A stretch of DNA of 64,000 nucleotides from Utricularia gibba. Lineage: Eukaryota > Plantae > Magnoliophyta. This document shows positions 57,601-64,000 of the stretch, piece by piece. A program made the translations under genes and the position numbers. The notes beneath the pieces were generated by a model. It searched no databases. It was not told where the DNA came from and saw only the letters and a list, made by a program, of their open reading frames with translations. The DNA lies in the NCBI GenBank assembly GCA_002189035.1, contig CM007991.1, positions 2,418,001-2,482,000 of the forward strand, in the 5' to 3' direction. Each line of letters starts with the position of its first letter. The first letter of the stretch is position 1.

Positions 57601-58217
57601 AATTAACAAAAAGAAACAAAAAGTTAACGAAGAGGATGAGACAAAGCCAAGAACATGCAAATAAACAGACACAAGATAGAGACTTGAACGTCCATGAATA
57701 AAAGAGCATCTTTTCACACCATTCGTTACCTTCGTCACACACGTCCATAGTAGACGTTGCTTCACTGACACTGGAGTCACCGTTCACTAAGCACAAGACC
57801 TCGTAACACTTCGATTTAGGACCAAAGTTAACATTATCCAAGAAAACTCCATTTCCAGCAGCAAGCTTCAACGCAAAAGCTACACTCAAAAAAGACAACA
57901 GCAAACAAGTAGCCGTAAGTTTCAGATACTTGACAACTTCAAACAAGTAGACGCACTCTAGCCTTGGCAACCAAAACACGAAGAAATCAAGTATTACGCA
58001 GTTTTGACTAGACGATAAAGCCTAAAACTTTACGAGAAGGGGGATAGCTTCCAGCGGATTCAAACCAGGCTTCGGCCTGGCGCACCTCAAGAGGCGTCTC
58101 ATCCCCCAAGAAATCGAAGAACCGAACAGCGTCGAACTCGTAGTCGACGTCAATCTCCAACGCGGTAAAGCTACACGTAAGTTGCTCCTCCTCAGCGGCG
58201 TCGTCAACAGAAAGCAT
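54612..58217 (-). CDS. TPX2-like microtubule protein with N-terminal Aurora-binding domain (TPXL2/3-like), multi-exon
   Basis: Exons give EIDVDYEFDAVRFFDF...AEAWFESAGSYPPS|PF, STLMKPT..QLAKQN, KRQKLEGGVLRK, RITIPREPDLATAHRA, FKALPLNHK|ILEAPS..KKST..GFQ, LKAIPLNKK, NPPIELFNQ|LSL, KENR and SLGI. Some 3' exon boundaries are uncertain. Confidence 0.82.
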
Positions 58218-58559
58218 CGCCCCGTCCCGCCCCTTGCTAGGCTCCTCCCGAGCGTTGAAGAACGGCAGCGATAGTTTCTGAGGAATTCAGGGCTTGCAGA
58301 TTTATCGGAAAAAAAGAAATTGAGGGTATGAAGCGGAGGGGATTGTGCTGGGGCTGGGGGGGCGAAAGAGACGGGTGACTGCACTGCATATATTTATTTG
58401 TGTCGCTTTGTGGCAGAAGAGAGAAGCCGGGGGAGACACGAGGCAGCAGGTAATTTGAATCTAGATTATAGCGGTCTGGTCGTGGGCCCCAAACTCCTCC
58501 ACCCGACCCGCGTCCGACCCGAACCCACCCCCAAACATTCAAAAAAATAAAAGTATAAT

Positions 58560-58890
58560 CTTCACAACTTATTTTTTAACTTATGACTTAAATTACTTAT
58601 TATATAACCACCTGACTTTTACTTATTTGTAACTTCTACTCAAACTTATACTTAACTTCTACTTATTTTAAATTTACCTACATTTCTACTTAAAACTCAA
58701 CTTATTTAATAAGTTATATTTACTTTACTTATCAAAATAAGTCACCAACTTATTTCAACAAATGTCTTTGATTCTAATAAATCAAATCTAAACAAAATCC
58801 AAATACATTTGTTTCTTCATAAATAAATAATAAGTTGCATAGACCAAAACTAATTAATTGAGTTCTACTTATCCAATAACTTCTATTTAT
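58560..58890. repeat. AT-rich degenerate ACTTA(T)/AACTT repeat tract, possible MITE remnant
   Basis: Many ACTTAT/AACTT/CTACTT units. The + strand is very G-poor, and some inverted ATAAGT copies are present. No clear TIR or TSD. Confidence 0.4.
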
Positions 58891-58966
58891 GAATTAAATA
58901 GAAGATACAAAATAAGTGGTGCATATACCGCTCGTTGCTTATTCGGAAAATAAAAGTGATTTCCAA

Positions 58967-58977
58967 GTGGGTCCCAC
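58967..58977. promoter_or_regulatory. Palindromic TCP site GTGGGNCCCAC
   Basis: GTGGGTCCCAC between the divergent TPX2-like and At1g73970-like genes. Further site II motifs lie near 59297-59333. Confidence 0.5.
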
Positions 58978-59433
58978 ATGCAAATTCCATTAAACTCATT
59001 TGCAAATCCCGGGGGTGTGGGCGCACCTGCCTTTAATTGCATGTCTACGGAAAATGACACATTTTGGGGATATTTCACATTGGATCCTCTCCTCTGCTGC
59101 CCTCCAATCCCATCTTATTTTATTTTGCATTTTTTGATGAATTGGGGATGGGGGGCATTTATGGCATCGTACACTTTGATTATTGACTGCACGCACCATC
59201 ATCATCATTTTGCCATTTTGCGTTTATTACTTCTTTATTTCTTCAATTCTAGATAATTAATTGTGTTGGTCGTAGGATGATTCAATGCCCTTGTACTTGG
59301 GCTGTTGCGTCTCTCGATATGGCCCATTGGGCTTTCCGGCCTAACAAATACACCACACTATTTCACTGTTCGCATCTTCAGCTATTATATATATATATAT
59401 AAGGCGATTTTGAAGCCTGCCTGAGCTATCAAA

Positions 59434-62137
59434 ATGGCGATACGAAATCAGCCCTTCTTCCTCGAGGAGTGGTTGCGGAGCGTCGTGCTGCCCGGCGCGG
59501 AGAAGCAAGATTCTCCAGCGTCCGCTCAGGCGATTGTCAGAGCCTGGGGTGAACTCAGGGAAGCACTCTCGTGTCAGAAGTTTGATGCTCAGTGCCTCCG
59601 TGCTCTGGAGCTTCTTGTTGGTTCTCATGTCGCTCTTCATGTTGCCGAGCCGCAGGCAAGGATTCTGTTGATGATTTTGTCATCTGGGAATTTCACTCTA
59701 CCGCAAGAATCTTATCCTTTGCTCATCAGCCTTCTAGGTATTTGGGCTAGGAAATCACGGCCGACTTCTCAGCTTGTCGATTTAGCTATAGACGTACTTT
59801 ATCGGCTTCTTTCTCGTCAATTCCAGCCTGAGAATCGCTCTCTGTTATTATCTGGTGGGATTCTGTTGCTGGGAGCGCTTTCTTTTCATGCCCGTTTATC
59901 TGATCAATCTAAAAGGCTCTGCTTTGAGTGTTTCTTGATGTTAAAGAAAGAAAATTGTACATTTTCGGATGAGATAGCGACGACTAATGCTCTCGCTGGC
60001 GTTGGGTATGCAATGTCTTCTTCTTCAATGGGCATTTATTTCGGAAATTTTTTAGATATTTTGCTTGGTGTCTGGGGTGAAGGATCGAGTATCTACCAGG
60101 GACTCTTGTTACTCCATTTGATGGAGTGGGTTCTGACATGTTCGTTTGGTGGGCAAGAGTGGGATAAAATTAATGCTGTGAGCGAGGTCATGGGAATTGC
60201 AAAGCCCACTCATTCTTCTTTTGCTTTAGTCATGGTTGCTGCTGGAGTCCTCAGGGCGGTAAACAGATCTGGATCAAGCAGATATTCTGATATTAAGCAT
60301 GTTGGGGAAGAATACATTGTGACTGTGGCAACTGAGCTGCTTGATAAAGCTAGAGATTCCGAGTACATGGCAAATGGACCTAAAAGTAGCATTCTTTTGC
60401 AGTATTTAGCACTCGCACTGGCTCGAAGTGGTTTGATTTCGTACAGGCCTCCAATTCTACTTTCTCTCACATTTGCACTGCTGTCTGAAGTATTCCCCAT
60501 GAAGCGCATATATGAGGAGTTGCTTTATTCTCCTACAAGAGATTGGGCTGCTAGAGTATATGAAGTCAGAGATCATGTTAATTCTGCCATTTTCAAGGAA
60601 GCTGGATCCATAACTGGTGTACTCTGCAATCAATATGCATCATCAGATGAAGATAGCCAGAATATGGTGGAGAACCTCATTTGGACTTTTTGTCAAAAAG
60701 TCTACCGGTGGCATCGGCAAGCAAAATGGATGCTTAAAGGCAGTGGTAATGAGCTGACCAATGAGGTAGAGAAAATTGCTGAATCTGCCTTCCTCATGGT
60801 TGCGGTTTTCGCATCAGGAGTAACAAAGCACAGGTTAGACGCAAGATTACACCAAAAAATTCAGTCAGAAATCTCTGTCAAGATATTAGCTTCTTTCTCT
60901 TGTATGGAGTATTTTCGTCGAATTCGTTTGGCTGCATATATGGATACAATTAGAGCCGTCATTCTTAAAGTTCAGGAGGATGAATCAGCTTGTGTGGCCT
61001 TAATAGAATCTATGCCATTGTATGATGACTTGATCTCCCATCAGGGTACTGATTACGTTTCTTACCCCTTTTGTACTGATTGCAAGGTTTTTCCTCAGCA
61101 TGATTTGTCTCCTGTTTTGCAGGCTCTTCAGTTGTGGAGTACGTGTGGTCCTATGATGATGTCCAAACTTCCAGGATTGTATTTTATATGCGTGTTATCC
61201 CTACTTTTGTTGATAAGCTGCCACCATCTATGTTTAAAAAGGCAGTGGCTCCAACAATGTTCCTGTATCCTTCTTAATCATCATTTCGAGTCTTATGCAC
61301 TTGTGCTGACTTTACCATCATGGGTTCCTTAAACAAGCATCTATTAGATACCTGGGTCATCCTAATCCAAAAGTTGCGAGATATTCACATTCTTTGTTCG
61401 TGGCATTCATTTCTTCTGCTAAAGATTCGTCAGAGGATGAAAGAGTTCTACTAAAGGATCAACTTAGCTTTCATTACGTGAAGAAATCACTAGAGGTATG
61501 GATCCTCAGCCATGATGATAGGCGTTTGTTGTACTTTTTCAATAACAGGATACAATTAGCAGAATTACCCTGCCATAACACCATTCGAAGGATTGGCTTC
61601 GGGGGTCGCTGCAATTGTTAGACACCTTCCTGCTGGCAGTCCAACCATACACTATTGTGTAAACGAAGTGGCTGAGAAAGCTATAGATTTATGCCAATCT
61701 CTCAGCCATGATGATGGTGATTTCTGCAACAAGTGGGAAGGAGAAGCAGATCCTTCGAAGAGGATGTGCGATCTTCTCCTACGATTACTATCTTTAACTG
61801 ATATTCAGGTACGCCTTCTGTTCCTCACGATATTCTGGTGACTAGAATGCCTTGATTGAACATTCCGGTACTCCAGGTTTTCCCAAGTTTGATGAAGTTG
61901 CTTGCTCGACTCGTCTCCCAAATTCCTCTGCCTTTCCAGAACATTCTCCTGAACCAGCTATATCAACAAATAGCAGAGTCGGATGATGTTATTCGTAAGC
62001 CTACTCTGATTTCATGGGTGCAATCTTTGTCTTATCTTTGTTCTCAAGGGAGTCACAGAAAAAGAGATGCATTAGCAGGAACTGCTTCTGGTAATAATGT
62101 GAACATGAACTTGAATAGAACCAGTGCTAGGCTTTAG
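59434..62137 (+). CDS. Conserved plant protein of unknown function, At1g73970-like; exons 59434-61045, 61123-61264, 61348-61497, 61563-61808, 61877-62137
   Basis: FFLEEWLR, LHVAEPQA, VFPMKRIY, FKEAGSITGVLCNQY, EKIAESAFLMV, FSCMEYFR, DDVQTSRI.FY.RVIP, YLGHPN, ITPFEGLASGV, HLPAGSP and AESDDVIRKP match the recalled At1g73970. The 632-aa ORF in the track runs into introns. Confidence 0.85.
61265..61347 (+). other. U12-type (minor spliceosome) GT-AG intron
   Basis: 5' site GTATCCTT; branch-like TTCCTTAAAC at 61325-61334, 13 nt before AG; no polypyrimidine tract. Removal restores PTMFL|YLGHPN. Confidence 0.8.
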
Positions 62138-62434
62138 ACGGCATTAGCAGGAGCACATGTAATTATTTCTCACAGGGAAATGGAAGAAATGTATACAGAT
62201 TTTGGGAAAGAAATGACGAAAATAGGAACATTTTTTTGTGCATATCAACTAGACCAGACGAAAAACACCAGTTTACATGTAGATACAATCTATCAAGCCT
62301 TGTGAATGAATATTTTTCTTCAACATCAACCCCAAACAAACATGACTGATATTTACACCTAGTGCATGCATTGAATCGTCTTCTTCTGTGAATAACGAAT
62401 TTTGTCCGAAAAACGCAATCCTCAAGTAATGTGA

Positions 62435-63786
62435 TCACACTCTTTCTGAGGCGTCCATCCCAGAGGCAAGATTTTGAGGCCATGGAATGGAACTCATGGC
62501 CGGGAAACAGCAGTTGCAGTCATCCAGGCATGCCCGTGGTGCATCTAAGGCATCTTTAAACGCAAAGATATGTCCATTGTCTGTGTGCCCTTTTGGTGCC
62601 GACGCCTCACTGAGTGGTCCCCAACACTCCACCTTGTTGAATTCAGGAATGTTGGAATGGAAATAAACCCAGACAAGAGCACCTTGAAGCTCAGGGTAGC
62701 TTTGCAACAAGTCCCAATCTCCATGGACAAATGCCTTGAGAACCTGAGTGACAAAATGAACCAGTTAGGCAAAGACAGCACATGCTACTCCCAATTATGA
62801 ATCTTTAAGTCGAGGGAAGCAGAAGCATTTACCACTGGAAGCTCCTTGCTAAAAATGTAGTATCTCAACCGAGCAAAGAGGTCAAGGAAGAGATGGCCGC
62901 CACTTATGTGACAATGGACATGAAGAGACATCATCCCCTTGATCTTCTTCCATTCTGCAACTACTTCGTCTCTCTGCAACCTGTTGTACCATCCTTGCAG
63001 CTGCAGCAGACATCCAAATTTCTTATTAATAATCCCTTTTGAATTGGGAGTCAAAACCACGTTTATACAGATTTGGACATCAAAAAGGGACCCATCTGAC
63101 GAAGGAGAAATATTTGAAAAAAAAGGAGCAGAAGCTGCCAAAATTGTTGAAGTGCAGTTGAGTAATATAATCAACTTCCTTGGCTTGCGTTTCCAATACT
63201 CAAACTCAGCCCCTTCCAACTGTTCGTGTGAAACACACTCCAAAATTTGACACGTCATCGCACAAAAACATCATTCACGTGTACAAACATGATTCATTAG
63301 CCCCCAAACACACTACGCGCAGTTCCCCTGCATCTCCTGGAACACGGATCTATACACCAATTTGATAAATTACCTGCGAATTGTTAATAGTTTGAGAAAC
63401 GGCAAGAGTCAGCTTGGCGGTGACATCGCTGTGTGTGAGCGTGTAAGTCCTCGGAAGATGTCCAGGATGCTTTTTCCCATCAACGCCCAAAAACAGAACT
63501 CTCAGCTTTGATGCCTCGAATATCGCAGGCCCGAATAATCTCGCAACCTGATGAGCCGATAAACCAAAGCACGGACATTTAAGCAAAACCGAGAATCAAA
63601 TAGAATATGGGTATGATCCAAAACCCCCGTGAAAAACAACAGAAACTTTAAAAAAAAAAAACTCACAGGGGCCATGGATCCATGATTCTTTCTGGGCCGT
63701 CTGATTGCTCTACGAAGAGCAGAGCATGAATCTTCTTCCAAGGGGGACAAAGGCTTGAGCTTTGAAGGGAGAATCAAAGTAGCCAT
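62435..63786 (-). CDS. SGR: STAY-GREEN (Mg-dechelatase SGR/NYE1), 4 exons
   Basis: VARLFGPAIFEASKL, PRTYTLTHSDVTAKLTLA, LQGWYNRLQRDEVVAEWKK, SLHVHCHISGGH, VWVYFHSNIPEFNKVECWGPL, and Cys-rich PRACLDDCNCCFP. Confidence 0.95.
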
Positions 63787-64000
63787 GTGTCGAACACCTC
63801 AAGGGCTGCGATCACGGCGAAGAGAAAGAGAGAATTTGAATAAGGCTTCGCCAAGATAGTATTTGTTCAAGGTTTTCGTCGCCTAAATAAAACGCTTTAC
63901 TCTTTCGCTTTTACAAGCCACCCCAACGTTGCTTTTGCTTGTGGACTTGGTACTGCTGGCTGGGTGTTGGTCTCGGAGTTCCAGGAAGACTTCCCCTCCC

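Noticed and set aside
58971-58980. GTCCCACATG resembling the snRNA upstream sequence element (RTCCCACATCG)
   Set aside because: No TATA at the Pol II or Pol III spacing, and no snRNA or telomerase-RNA-like sequence downstream. Better explained as half of a TCP palindrome.

Overview
Gene-dense eudicot (angiosperm) nuclear DNA. It holds 17 recognisable protein-coding genes in 64 kb, mostly 60-150 nt introns, short intergenic gaps and no recognisable transposase, LTR, rRNA, tRNA or CRISPR. Gene order: PNM1-like PPR(+), GAUT11(+), MED22(-), agmatine iminohydrolase(+), NDUFB10(+), CDKD(+), OZ-family RanBP2 zinc-finger gene(+), REF6(+), callose synthase 10/GSL8(-, about 15.5 kb), GDSL lipase with a 1-nt frameshift(+), PPR(+), HIP(-), UUAT-type nucleotide-sugar transporter(+), SLAC1(+), TPX2-like(-), At1g73970-like protein(+), STAY-GREEN(-). 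I found no convincing new multi-gene system. The best second-look items are: a stellacyanin-type pseudogene missed by the ORF track; an OZ protein with six RanBP2 fingers built by exon duplication and carrying a GC-AG intron; a chain of minus-strand introns suggesting an unannotated spliced transcript divergent from REF6; a U12-type intron; an eroded splice acceptor in the TPX2-like gene; the GDSL frameshift; and an orphan 200-codon frame. Family assignments rest on recalled homologue sequences, not on searches run here. Exon boundaries were read by hand.
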